Positions 13,401 to 26,900 of a stretch of DNA of 64,000 bases are shown here, piece after piece. The notes under the pieces are model-generated. The model made no database searches, was not told where the DNA came from, and saw nothing but the letters and a program-made list of their open reading frames with translations. Made by a program: the position numbers and the translations under genes. Origin of the DNA: Callorhinchus milii. Lineage: Eukaryota. Every line of letters starts with the position of its first letter. The stretch's first letter is position 1. The stretch lies in the NCBI RefSeq assembly GCF_018977255.1, contig NW_024704742.1, positions 22,694,001 to 22,758,000 of the forward strand. Direction: 5' to 3'.

Positions 13401-16400
13401 GATTATTACTCCTGGAAAACGATCCACCAATTGACTAATAACCAGGTTCCTAAGAGGCATGTGAAGTAAGGAAACTTGCCTTTGGTTTCGCTCTGCCAAC
13501 TTGTGAGGCGAGTGCTTTAATCAATACTCTACAGGACTCCTGGAGTAAAACTGTACTCCATAGAATAAACCCCAGATTCACCGGACTCCGGGTATCGGAA
13601 TTAGAAGCTAGCTGGACTGGGTGTGAGACCAAACAATTAAAAAATTTTTGGTGATTCCTATCACTTCCTGCCTCATGTCCTTGCTAACCTTCACAGTGTC
13701 TGCGTGGAGGCCTGCTTTGGTGACTGCCACCTAGTGTGATATTGACTTTGACTCAGATTTTTTTTAGTAAGGCTGGAATCCCACAAACACATGATAGCTA
13801 AGTTTAACATACAGTCGTTTGCACATAAAAAGCACAGTGACAAAAAATGCTGGTAACTGCATTGCTGGTAGTAATTACACTCAGCTGAAAGTTCCTGCTC
13901 GTCGGACTGAATCTCCTTGCTCTGCATAAATTGGCTGTCATGTTTACTTGCAAATTAACGGTCACTAAACTTGACCCACGTTCGCTGTGAAGTGCTTGGA
14001 GGTGTTTCTATTTGATGGGCGCTGGATCATAGGCAAGGATCGTTTTTGTTGCAACGGCACAAAGATTAACTTTTTGTCATTATATGTTCAAGGAGGGGGA
14101 AGAAACCTGATGAAATGGTATTCCTAGGAGCAAGGCAAGCTGGAGATGTTTAAATCAGCTTTCTGCATGGTTACTGAAAATGTCTACTTGATCTTTTTAT
14201 CTCCATTCAGTCAGCAGTTTGGATTTAATTGTAGGCGCACTAATTGCTTTTGCTCTCACCCAGAATTGATTCTAAAATCTGCATCCAGCAAGTTTTGCAT
14301 GAAATTGGGAATTAATATGCACTGGCAATTGAATCCTGGTTTCAAGCAGCGCAAATTTATGCTGTATCGGATTAATAAAGCAGCCTGCTTAAATGTGTTA
14401 GAATTGAGTTCCAGAAGTGTCAGTTCAATGACATTTGGTGTTGCTATATCTACAAGAGTATTAACCCCTGTCAATAATATGTACACAAGAATCGGATTTT
14501 GCCTTTATAAAGTTTCAATCTGACTAGGATTGCGCCAATCTCCAGTTGGTTATTGTGCATCTTAGTCAAAGTTGTTCAAAGCGTTGTTCTGGTTGGAATA
14601 TTTTAACAAGAAAAAAAATCACAATCTATGTTTGAATTTGTTTCATTTTATTTTACTAAATGTGTTTTCACTCTCTTTCCTAAACAGGACTGAATGACCA
14701 AGGATTGTACAGAGTGGCAGGCGTCAGTTCAAAAGTCCAGAGACTTGTGAATTTGTTGATGGGTGAGTCTTTTAAGGTCTAATAGTCCATTTTTTTCTTT
14801 TAAAATTCATGATGTTATATATAAGATGTCAGTAGTCCATATTCTCTTTAGACACATATGACTTTTTTGGTGACTGGGGAAATCTAGCTAAGTTATTTCT
14901 ATACGTGCACATGTTGATGAATGGAGATAACTGTTAGAATGTTTAATTTTTGGGGAGGAAACAGAGTTTTGGTTGCTTCTGTTGAGGTGAGGATGTTTGT
15001 TTGGGAGAGTCCGCTCTACACAGCCAGGGTCTGTTTATTGTTAACCCAATTGTCTGTCACCTCTTTTATATCTATTTATCACTCACTTCCTGTGTGTGTG
15101 TGTGTGTGTGTGTCGGTCTCTCACACTCTCTCTGAGTATCTGCCCCCATTCTCTGGAGATGCATCCCTTTGACTTACCCTTTCCCTCACCTTTTTTTAAA
15201 AGTCTTCCTCAAGATCTTTCTCTTTGACTACACTTTCATCCATCTTCGCCTCCCTCCCCAGCTTGGGTGCAAAACTTGCGCATTGGGACGTCCTCACAAC
15301 GTGAAAGGCTCTATATCAATGTAAATTTGTATTGTAGTGTGCGTGGCTTTTACTCTCTTTTCTACATTTTCAAAACAAATAAGCACTTTCGCCTTATGAT
15401 TTCGATGACCATTTGGGGACCTCAAACCAATAGGTTCTCTCAAAACTTGAGGTTTAAAAATTATAATCCAAATACCACTGGCATCAGTTCTGACCAGCCT
15501 GTACAGAGCCACTCTGAAAAGTACAGACTGATTTTTTTTTTACCCTCCCCACTTCAGTGCATTGACTGTGAGCTCTGTAAATATAATAGTTGTTTGACAT
15601 GCATTTCAACAATAATTTTTTCGAGGGTAAAGGTGTGGACTCTTGGTGTTTTCAAAGCAGACGCTCTTTGCAGGGATCTTGTTTTCTGTGACTATGAGGA
15701 GCAGGTCATGTGTGACCTCTGCTGGTACCCTTCTTTACCCTTCCTTCAGGGGTTCTGTCAGCCCCATCTGTGCTGGTGATGCATCACTTGCCCCCAGGAC
15801 AGACTGCAGCTAACAACATGAATCTGCTTTGATGCTGCTAAAGAATCAGCGGCAGTGTTACATAACATTTGCCATCAGATCAAGGGACCTGTTAGGAAGC
15901 TGGTAACAGACATTCTGAATTGTTGATAATTTTTTCTGAATTTCATATTAACAAGTTTACAATATGTGGCAGCTTCGCACTCTGTCCTCCTGACACGAAA
16001 GCCGACTTATACAAATGTAATTTGTTGTTGTTGTTATTTTTGATATACGGATTTGCGGTGGAGTCGATGAATAGCTAGAAATGGGGCATCCTTCGTCTTA
16101 TTCACTGAGATGGGCTGTCTGCTGTAAAGGAATTGTAGACTTAGTGGGATTGGACAGGTGGGCAAAAAGGATAATAGTAAAGTAGTTGTGAAAATGGACT
16201 TGGTAGGGAATGTTTGGTCGTTTTTAAAATGCATTTGAGAAAATGTCACAATAATTCATTGTTTTGGCTGGCAACTCAGTCTTAAAACTATGATTTGGAC
16301 ATTGTTGAAGCCGGTTAAGTCTGGCCTGAGTTTTCTAAAAGTCAACTTGATTAATGCAGAAACATCTTTTGGCCTTTTCTACCCCAAGTGATGTGATTTT

Positions 16401-19400
16401 CGATGGAGAATCTTTCCTTTGCAAGATGTCAGAATCAAATTCCTGCTTAATGAGCTGCACTCTACCTTCATATAACATTTAAAATCTGACAATCCCTTCC
16501 TCCCATGAAGGGCTTCTGCATTCAAAACTGTCGTCTGATGGTAATTTTTCTGTCTCAATAATCAGACAAGTTTGACCCTGAGATTCCCACACTGCCTTGT
16601 ATAATTGTTTTGTAAACTACACGCTTTCTAGATCCAAAGACTTGTGATGATCTGGATCTCAGCAGCTCACCAGAATGGGAAGTGAAAACCATCACCAGTG
16701 CACTGAAGCAGTATCTACGGTGAGGAGCTTTGTGTGTTTCTACTGCACTCTCTTGGCTTCAGGCATAATGGTGTCAGCCTGCCTCAGTGGGTGGGTAGCA
16801 GTCCTCCCCTCTTGAGTCAAAAGGTTGACTTTGAACTGGCATAGTTCAGGCTAATGTTGCATTGCTGGGTATGCCATCCTTTTTGGATGAGATGTTGATC
16901 TGAAATCCCCTCTGTCTGTTCAGGTGGACCTTAAAACCCTAGCACTGTAAGAGGTAAAGGAAGTTTCTCCCAGTGTCCTGGCCAACATTTCCCCCAAATG
17001 AAATTGGTTGTTCACTACAAAACGGATTGTGGGATGTTGCTGAGTGAAAATTGGCAGTCACGTACAGTTATAAAAATACACAGTCACTGCACGTTACAGT
17101 AATCTCAAAATGTAACTTTTTGACCATGCTTTTGGTCACCTTTCCCTCATTATAGATTTGACTGACAGGTCCTCTCCAAGGGGACAATCATATTGGTGTT
17201 TGGACACTGACAGATGGGGATTAAGTTCTTGTTGGACCAAAAGCCGGTAACAGAAATGTCTTGAGTGCTTTGCCATCATCCTTCAGGAAGCACGTTCTCC
17301 CCCACAGAACAGTCACTCTGCCATTGTTGGGATTGTAAAGCTTCTAGAGTAGTTGCTGAGTACTTTGCGATCTAGCTGGGGAAGCGATCTAATTCACTAT
17401 AGAAAAGGTAAAATACTGCAGATCCTGGAAATCTGAAATAGGAACAGATGTTATTGGGAACACTCAGCAGGTTGGGCAGCATCTATGGAGAGAAGAAAGA
17501 GAATTAATATTTCAGGACCCTTCATCAGAACAGGCGAACTCTGATTATGCTCTTCCCTAACCTGGGAACACTGAGGCCAATAGTAATGTCCCAACTGCAG
17601 GCCTGTTTGCAACCTCCGACCTTCCGGCCCCAGCCTCGATGGCTTTGTTGCTGCACCAGATGTACGTAGCCGTCAAGACTATCCTGGCCCCTGCACGTTT
17701 ATAACAAACATCCTCAGCACTTTACCAGGAATAAGTAGATGTGTGGCCAGCCAGTTGGACAAATTGGAAACGGTGGGATTTTTGGTGTTTGATTTTCCTT
17801 TTTCATGTGTTACAGGAGTCTTCCAGAACCTCTCATGACTCACAAGCTATTCGGGGAGTTCATCTTGCCAGCCAGTAGGTACCTAAATGCTGGTGACCAT
17901 CTCTCTTCAAATGCAATCTGAAAACTCTCTTAAAAGCTCTCCTTGCTTCCAACTCTCCCCCACCCCCTCTTTTCCTGGTGCCATAGAATTAAGGGACTGG
18001 GATTTGCCTCAAAACATTCTCACATTCCAAATTTGCAGCCTTGGCAACACCGTTTATAGGAAGGTGTCTAAGTGGAAGTGAAGCACAGTCTTCTGTAAAG
18101 TCCGTTTGGAGAGTATATACACTGGTTGAGGTGTGAAGATGGGGGTGGGTAGAGTGGTCGAGAAAAGGAAGCTTGTATAGGGATGGGGGAGAAGGGGTAA
18201 ACGTCTATTTAAAATGTTCAGATGCTCTACCACGGTCACTGTTGTTTTCTGAAAAGGCTGGTTTAAGTTGCTGTAAGCCTGGCAGCAGCGTGTTCCCCAC
18301 CTGGACTATTACTAATGATTACATCCAGAATAGCTCTTGCGAACCACATTGGCTAGTTGACAAGTTCTGCAAAGAAGTGATCGTTTGCCAGCTCTAGAAA
18401 CTCGCTTTGTGGAATTACAGCTGTCAAAACGTGCTTTGTGATCTTACATAGAACGTAACAGCACGGAAACATGCCAGTTGGTGCAACTGGTCCAGGTCTG
18501 TGTTTATGTCTGACGAAAGCCTCCACCCCTACCCCCTCCTCCACCCCTCTGTCCCCTTCTCCCCTTTGTATATCCTGCTTGGGGATAATAATTCCTTAAA
18601 AACAAATAATAATAATAAATTGGTCACTCAATCAATGACTGTTTGTGGGACACTGCTGCACACAATTGGCTGCTACGTTTCGCTCACAAAATATACAGTT
18701 AATTCACTTTACAGTACATTCTGTGAAGCGCTTTGAGACGTCTAGAAGACGTGAAAAGGCGCTATATCAAATGAAAGGATTATTATTATTGTATGCATTA
18801 AGTTTTCTTTTAAATACTCTGATGTTTTTTGCTTCAACCACAGTTTCCGGCCAGTATGTTCCACATTCTCACAGTCTCTGTTTTTCAGTCAGCATCTGGA
18901 CAATTGAAATTCTTTATGATTTAATCCTCCAACCTTAGAACATAAGAACATAAGAAATAGGAGCAGGAGTAGGCCATTCAGGCCCTCGAGCCTGCCCCAC
19001 CATTTAATAAGATCATGGCTGATCTTCTAACCTAATTCCATTTACCCGCCCTCTCCCCATATTCCTTAAACCCGTTAGTTTTTAAAAATCTATTGATCTC
19101 TGTCTTGAATATTCAATGACTGAGCATCCGCAGCTTTCTGGGGTAGAGAATTCCATAAATTCACTACCCTCTGAGTGAAGAAATGTTTTCTCAACTCAGT
19201 TCTAAAAGGCTGACCTTTAATCCTGAGACTATGACCCCTAGATTCTCCAACCAGGGGAAACAGTGTCACAATATCTACACTCTTAAGACCCTTAAGAATC
19301 TTATAGGTTTCTATAAGATCACCTTGAATTCTTCTATATTCTAGAGAATATAGGCCTATTCTACTCAACCTCTCTCTGTAGGTCAACCCCCTCATCCCAG

Positions 19401-22400
19401 GAATCAACCTAGTGAACCTACGTTGCACCCCCTCTAAGGTGAATATATTCTTTCTTAGATAAGGAGACCAAAACTGCACACACTATTCTAAGTGCAGTCT
19501 CACCAAAGCCCTATACAATTGCAGCAAGGCTTCCCTACTCTTGTACTCTTAACTCCTTTGCAATAAACACTAACATGCTATTAGCCTTTCTAATTGCTTG
19601 CTGTACCTGCACACTAACTTTCGGTGATTAGTGTACAAGGACACCTAAATCTCTCAGAATACTAACACTACCTAGTCTCTCCCCCTCTAGAAAATAATCT
19701 GCTTTCCTATTTTTTCTACCTAGGTGAATAACTTCAAACCTCCCCACATTATACTCCATTTGCCACCTTCTTGCTCACTCACTTAACCTGTCTATATCCC
19801 TTTGCATCCTCCTTGTGTCCTCCTCACAGCTTACTTTCCCACCTAGCTTTGTATCGTCCATTTATTTAGATACGTTAAGCTCTATTTCCTCATCTAAGTC
19901 ATTGACGTAGACTGTAAACAGTTGTGGTCCAAGTACTGATCCTTGCAGCACTCCACTAGTCACAACCTGCCAATCTGAGAAGGACCCGTTTATCCCTACC
20001 CTCTGTTTTATGCCTGTTAACCACTCTTTGATCCATGCTAATATATTACCCTTAATTCCATGAGCCCTAATCTTATGTAACAACCTTTTACGTGGCACCT
20101 TGTTGAATGCCTTCTGAAAATCCAAATACACTATAACCACTGGTTCCCCCCATCTAACCTGCTAGTTACATCTTCAAAAAATTCTAAAAGATTTGTTAAA
20201 CAGGATTTCCCTTTCATAAAACAGTGTTGACTCTGCCTAATCATATTATGACTTTCTAAGTGCCCCATGACGACGTCCCTAATTATAGACTGTAGAATTT
20301 TCCCTACCACCAATGTCAGGCTAATTGGTTTATAGTTCCCCATTTTTTCCCTCCCACTCTTCTTAAATAGCGGCGTTCGTTTGTGACCTTCCAATCAACG
20401 AGAGCTGTTCGAGAATCCAGGGAATTTTGAAAGATCAAAAACAATGCATCCACTATCTCTGGAGCCACCTCTTTTAAAACCCTAGGATGCAGGCCATCAG
20501 GTCCAGGGGATTTATTTTTTCTTTGTTAAACTCTTTGTCCCCACTTGACACACTCTGTTCTTCATCTCCCAAGTCACTCTACAGCCTTGACTTTTCTTAT
20601 TTGCTTTGTGGGTTTACATTTAACCATAACCCTTCCTCCCCCCCTTAATAATAATAATAATAATCCTTGCATTTGATATAGCGCTTTTCACGTCGGGAGG
20701 ACGTCCCAAAGCGCTTCACAGAACACACTGTAAAGTGAATTGACTGTATATTTGTGGGCGAACGCGGCAGCCAATTGCGCACAGCAATGTCCCACAAACA
20801 GTCGTAGATTGAAAATGACCAATTTATTATTGTTTTTTTTTGTTGTTGTTTTTTTTTTTGGAGCGATTATTACTAGGCGTGTGGAGTAAGGAAACTTGCC
20901 CAAGGTTTCGCCCTGCCTGGAATTGAACTCAGGTCTCTCGCTTGCAAAGCGAGTGCTCTAACCACTGAGCTACAGGACTCCACATTCCTTATTACTTTAA
21001 AGCTCTATCTACCTCCCTGGTTATTTGTTTTGACAAACAAATCCCAGCCCGGTTTAAGTGGAGCCCATCCCGATGGAAGAGCTCCCTCTTATGACTGGCT
21101 TCCCTCTTCTGTGAAATATTCATTGCTTGTGTATAGAGATATTGCCTGCCGAACTTGCTGATCTAGAGGTTCTGTGTTTTTTTTGTAGAATCCGACAGCC
21201 CTGAGTCCAGAATCAAAAGTATCCACTCGCTGGTTTACAAACTACCAGAGAAGAACCGAGAGATGTTGGACATTCTTATTAAACATTTAGCCAAGTAAGA
21301 AATCCATGTGTAGTTGAGTTACTACTGGAATCTGACCTTTGCTTTTTGATGTGTTTTTTTTTCAAACAAACAAAACCATTCTAACTGGAATGACTGCACA
21401 GCTTGAAACTTATGAATTCTTACTCTTCGACCAAGTGAGCAAGAGACTGATCTCTTTGTTGTGACTGTCTCTGTATCTTGATGGAAACTATCTCTAATTT
21501 ATTTTAGAGCTTTTCTTAATTATGACAAATATCTACTTGTTATAAGAAGATTTGATATTTCTGTTCATAATATCGCCCAGTGCTTAGCAGTCTTAATTCT
21601 GACAGAGAAGCTCTCGGCTTACCGTTTAATAATAATACTTGCATTTGATATAGCGCCTTTTCAAGTCTTCGAGACATCTCAAAGCGCTTCACAAAATATA
21701 CTGTAAAGTGAATTGACTGTATGTTTTGTAGGTGAAACACGGTAACCAATTGGGTACAGCAGTTTTCTCTGTAGTTCAGTAATTTACATTGGATGGAACC
21801 TGCCTGGTGTTGGTAGTAACCCACGGGGCAATAGATTGGGCATTTTTGGCATCATCACGGACAGTCCTGTCTGCGGGCTTGTAAAAACATTATTTAAAGA
21901 AATAAAATGAATATACACTAGGTGTTTAGTGAACTAGTATACCTAGCAAACTCTTTCTTTCCCCTTGTGTTAAATGACCTTTAGATTTTGGCCCCGTTCT
22001 GCAGCATTGGGCATTGCTGAACGCAATTGGCAGTTGCGTTCAACCACAAAACACACAGTCACCGCATTTCACAGTATAATCCTATAAAGCGCTTTGGGAC
22101 ATCCTCCTGACATGAAAGAAGCCACACCAAATGCAATGATTATTATTTTATTATTTTTGCATTAGTCCTTTCTATATATAAAATCTGAGGCAGCCAGTCG
22201 TGACTGCATACTTCAGTTTTGATTGTGAGTTGAGCAATAAATGGCCAAAGTGAAATCTTCTGTTTGGAGTGACATTGCTGTTCCTCTTTCCAGTGTGTCC
22301 GATAACAAAAAGCAAAACCTGATGACCGTGGCAAACCTCGGGGTAGTGTTCGGCCCCACTCTGATGAGACCGCCAGAGGAAACGGTTGCTGCCATCATGG

Positions 22401-23870
22401 ACCTCAAATTTCAGAACATTGTTGTGGAAATTCTGATCGAAAATCATCAAAAGGTGACTTCTTGTTTTGTCAGCTAGCAAAATGTCCTTTGTGATCTTAC
22501 ATAATTCTACAGAAACAGACCATTCGGTCCAACTAGTCCATTTTTATATTCCATATGAATGTCCACCCTTTCTGATTCCCTCTCCCATACTCCTCATCCC
22601 TTCTTCTTCGTGTATTGTATCCGGGAGGATGAGAACAAACAGGTTGAACCTCTCTTGTGTTATTATACACATACAAATAGAGCAATAGAATTCTTCATCT
22701 ACAAACACATTCTTGTCATTGTTGAGGGAATTCTTTACCTGAAGCAATTTGCCGGTCAGATTATTTTTTTTGTCAGTTTTTTTTTAATCCCATTACAGAA
22801 ATGGCTTGTTTCTGTTTACATTTTTGTTGCTATTTCTCCTCACTACACATCACTTAAGCAGGTCTTAAAAATGTTCTAATTTGAGTATATTTTATATATG
22901 CTGTGGAAACCCAGTTTGTGGAGTCCTGTAGCTCAGTGGTTAGAGCACTCGCCTTGCAAGCGAGACACCTGGGTTCAATTCCAGGCAGGGCGAAACCTTG
23001 GGCAAGTTTCCTTACTCCGCACGCTTAATAATAATCCCTCCAACACAAAAAACAATAATAAATTGGTCATTTTCAATCCATGACTGTTTGTGGGACAGCG
23101 AGTTTCGCCCACAAATATACAGTCAATTCACTTTACAGTCTATTCTGTGAAGCGCTTTAAGATGTCGAGAAGATGTGAAAAGTGCGATATCAAATGCAAG
23201 GATTATCATTATTATTATTATTGTGGTCACCTCAGTAATGCAGCCACCTCACAATTACCAGCACATTTTCACAGTCTCTTTCATTGTCCATGTTAAAAGA
23301 TAGGCTGCCTGCTTCAGTAAACCGGGCACCTCCCTATTCAGGGCAACAGTCATTGATTGCGGTCGCTACAGCGTCTTTCTCCGATACAAACGCGCATCCG
23401 CGGCTCCGGGAGTGTTGGGATCGCGGAAGCTGCACGAGCGGAAACTCGACTTTGCCCGGCGCCCGCGGCCTAACCTGATCTCCGGCGGCCGATTCTTGGT
23501 TAGTGCTGTAAACATGCCACCACGGAAGGAGTTGTCTTGATGTGAGAGAGTGAACTTAATCAAACACAGTGAGGACCAACAGTCATAGACAGTTAGCTGT
23601 GATCTATGGCATTGACCAACACAAGCTGAATGCCTTCTCAAAAGGAAGGCTGAATACCTGACAGCTTTTGTTTTAAATGTGACGATGCCTTTATTTTAAT
23701 GATGAGATTGCAAAGTATGGTTGTTGAATGTTCATCCCCCTTGCCCATCACCAATGCCCTTAACATTACATCAGTTGACCTGAATCACCCGATCCGTTTC
23801 AGTAATCAGGTCACCTCACTAAGTAGGTCACTTTTGCCCACTGAATTGAGTGGCTGGATTAGTGAGGTTC

Positions 23871-23908
<38 letters not shown>

Positions 23909-26900
23909 ATATATATATTTTTTTTTCTAGAAGTTTCACTGAATCAAACTTTCACTTCTAGTCATCAATGTCTTCTCTCACCTAGAACTTGAATCATCTC
24001 ATTGATGACCCAACAGATACCTGAGCATTTGCAACCCTTTCAGATGGCAGTAAAATGTCTCCAGGCACTTTGTTCTGTTGAGTAATGCGGTCAGGGTGAC
24101 TGAATAGAAAACCAATACTGTTCAATAGCTGAACCTTAAAAGGATGAGAATTTTCTTTTTGTACAAAGCACTTCTACTGAAGAGCAAACCTTGGGGAGGG
24201 GTGGGGAATATCTCTTTACTTTTAGAGAGAACACTCGACAACATAGACCACTCCAATGACACTGATTTGGGGATAACCCATGTGTGGCCCCTACCATCCA
24301 AGCCCTGCACGCACATTAGTCCAACCCATGGCCTAGAGAAGGAATGGGTCTATCCTACACTATTTAAATGCAACTTGTTGTCTAGGGTACCGCCTAATAG
24401 TGAGAAAACCTCACTATAGATGAGGCATTATTTTATTGGGGTGTCTTTATTTAACAAACATATTCCCCTCTAGTTGTATTTCCCCTTTAAAATTTGAATG
24501 CCAATTTTGTCTCACAGAATAATACAACTCAACATACAATGTGCTCTGTATAACACACACCTCAACTATCATATATATGTACTATTTACAAAGCACATTG
24601 AAAAAGGAGGTGCTGGTGGGCAAAGTGCAGATTACTATTTATTACTAGACGCAGTTGTGGGTTTGCGTACAACTGTAATAAATAGTATTCTATATTTTTG
24701 TGTGGCGCCTTTCACGTCTCAAAGCACTTCACAGGATTTACTGTGTAGTGACTCTATTTTGTTGGCAAATGTAGCTGCCAATGTGCACAGCAATGTCCAA
24801 CAAGCAGCAATGAAGTGAATGAACAGTTGAGGAATTGTTTTAGCAACAGCCCTTTGACTGCTTTTGGTCATATATTTTTGCTACATAAATGTAAATTGTA
24901 TTGCACTCGGTGAATAGTCACCACTGTGTCACTCTGTTTGGTTAGTTTGAATACTCTGAAGCATGGTGCTGGGATTCTGTGTGTCAGACATCCAGTTGAC
25001 CACTGTCCCCGCCTCCCAACAAAGCAGCATGCAAGCACAGTGGGGCTCAGTGGCATCAGCGGTAACCCCAGAAATGAACACGAGTGACTGTGCTGCAATG
25101 TGCTCCATATAACACAGACGTCAACTATCATATCATAACTGTAGTCAGAAATAGGTCCAACCTGAAAATGCACTTGACATTATGTCCAGTAGATGTCTCC
25201 CTTAAGGTAATCTTAGCACAAGTCCATGCTTAACTGCTGCAGAAGGTTCAGTCTTTTTGCAAATAATGAACAGCTTTGCAATACATGAGGCTTAACGGAA
25301 TGGTAGGCTGCAGACATAATCACAGATGCTTTCCAATAAAGGCACTAGAATTAAGGATTCCTATAACTTAAATACAAACTGCTTGGTGATTTGGGTAAAT
25401 CAGTGTTCCAGGAAAACTGATCCGTTATTCCAGGAAATGAGGAAATTAAATGTGCATTAAATAAAACCTGCAGTGCATCCCATTTACAAAGCACATTGAA
25501 ACAGGAGGTGCTGGTGGGCAGCATTTTTCACAGCCATATGTGGAAGGCAATCTCTCTCAGTTCATATTATTGAAACCAGATGATCTGTTAAACAGATTCA
25601 GATACCCAGACTAGGCACACACTGTACTGTCATTCAGTGAAAGATTCAGCACAGAATGGGTGACAGCCTTATAATTCATCCCATTAAAGGTTTTGAATGT
25701 GCATTTTTACATCTTGTTTTCTCCCAAGATTTAAGATTTTACTGTAAAAGCATTGTTTTTATTGGAGGAAGTCTGATGAAACTTTTCTTTTAAAACAGCT
25801 GACCATTTGAATGTTTGTCAGGTAACGTTACTCAATTACTGTGTTTGAAACCACCACTTTAAGTGACTATGGTATCAAAATGCTTTTAACTTCTGGTGGT
25901 TTGAGTGAGTGCACTGAGCGTGCAGGGCCATGCAGAATTCTCCTTCAAAAACCTTATTAAGTGGGGAGGTTCAATAAATGATTAACTAGGTGACTCAAGG
26001 ACATAGGTATAAGATAGTCACAAGAAGAGCGAAAGGAGAGCTAACGAGAAACATTTTCACTTGAGAGTTATTGGGATGTGCCAAGTAAGGTGGGGTAGAG
26101 GCAGAAACCATTGTGGGTTTCAAGAGGGAAGTAGACGAGTATATGTAACAACAACATGTATTTATGTAGTGCCCCTCGTGCAGGGCAGTATCCCAGAGTG
26201 CTTAATATAGTGCCATTCACGTGGAATAGCATCCCAGGGAGCTTAAAGATAAGAGTCTTAAAGGGGTATGGGGATAGGGCAAATAGGGATTGAATGGACA
26301 TCTTGCTCTGAGAGCTGGTGCAGGCTGAATGGCCTCCTGTGCTGTAAATTTCTATAATTATTTCATTGCATGGTCTGACCAGTTTGAAGAATTATTTCAA
26401 TAGTTGCGCCTGTCAAAGCGGTAATACCACTCTAGCTGTGTAACTTGGTGTTCAATCCTACTGAGGCCGAGACAGTCCTGTCTGTTGCAAGGAGACTGGG
26501 AGGGAATACCAGGAAAATTGGTCCGGTTCCTCGCTTCACATTCTGACCTTGTAGATGTTGGAATGCGACTTGTATTTCCACAGCTTCAGGGCCACGTGTA
26601 CAGTTTTTAAAATCCGATCCAGATAAAAATGTGAAAAATATGATTTTGTTGGCATCCGGGACAAACGTTTAGGATGGCTCAATGTTGATTCGTTAATGAG
26701 GCATATTTATTCTCTTGATTTTATTTCCAGATATTCAGCACTGCTCCAGATGGCAGTGTCTGCCAGCCAGAGTCCTCATTGCCCCTCTCGACTAAGCCAC
26801 CTAAACAAGCATCACAAGCCGACCTCGATTCAAGACCCATTGCCGTCTACAACTTTTACATGGACCTTGATAAAGGTAAGCGTCTATTTCACTTTTTGCA

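Noticed and set aside
15703..15718. AGGTCA-tgtg-TGACCT palindrome resembling an estrogen response element
   Set aside because: The spacer is 4 nt rather than the 3 nt of a canonical ERE; single occurrence with no supporting evidence
15267..15779. 170-aa ORF in an intron
   Set aside because: Starts within an L2 tail, has no recognisable domain and is not needed for the spliced gene model
22921..22992. tRNA-Ala(TGC)-like gene (also in the copies at 20646, 37508, 46947, 54592)
   Set aside because: Each continues into a SINE core and tail, so these are SINE heads rather than tRNA genes
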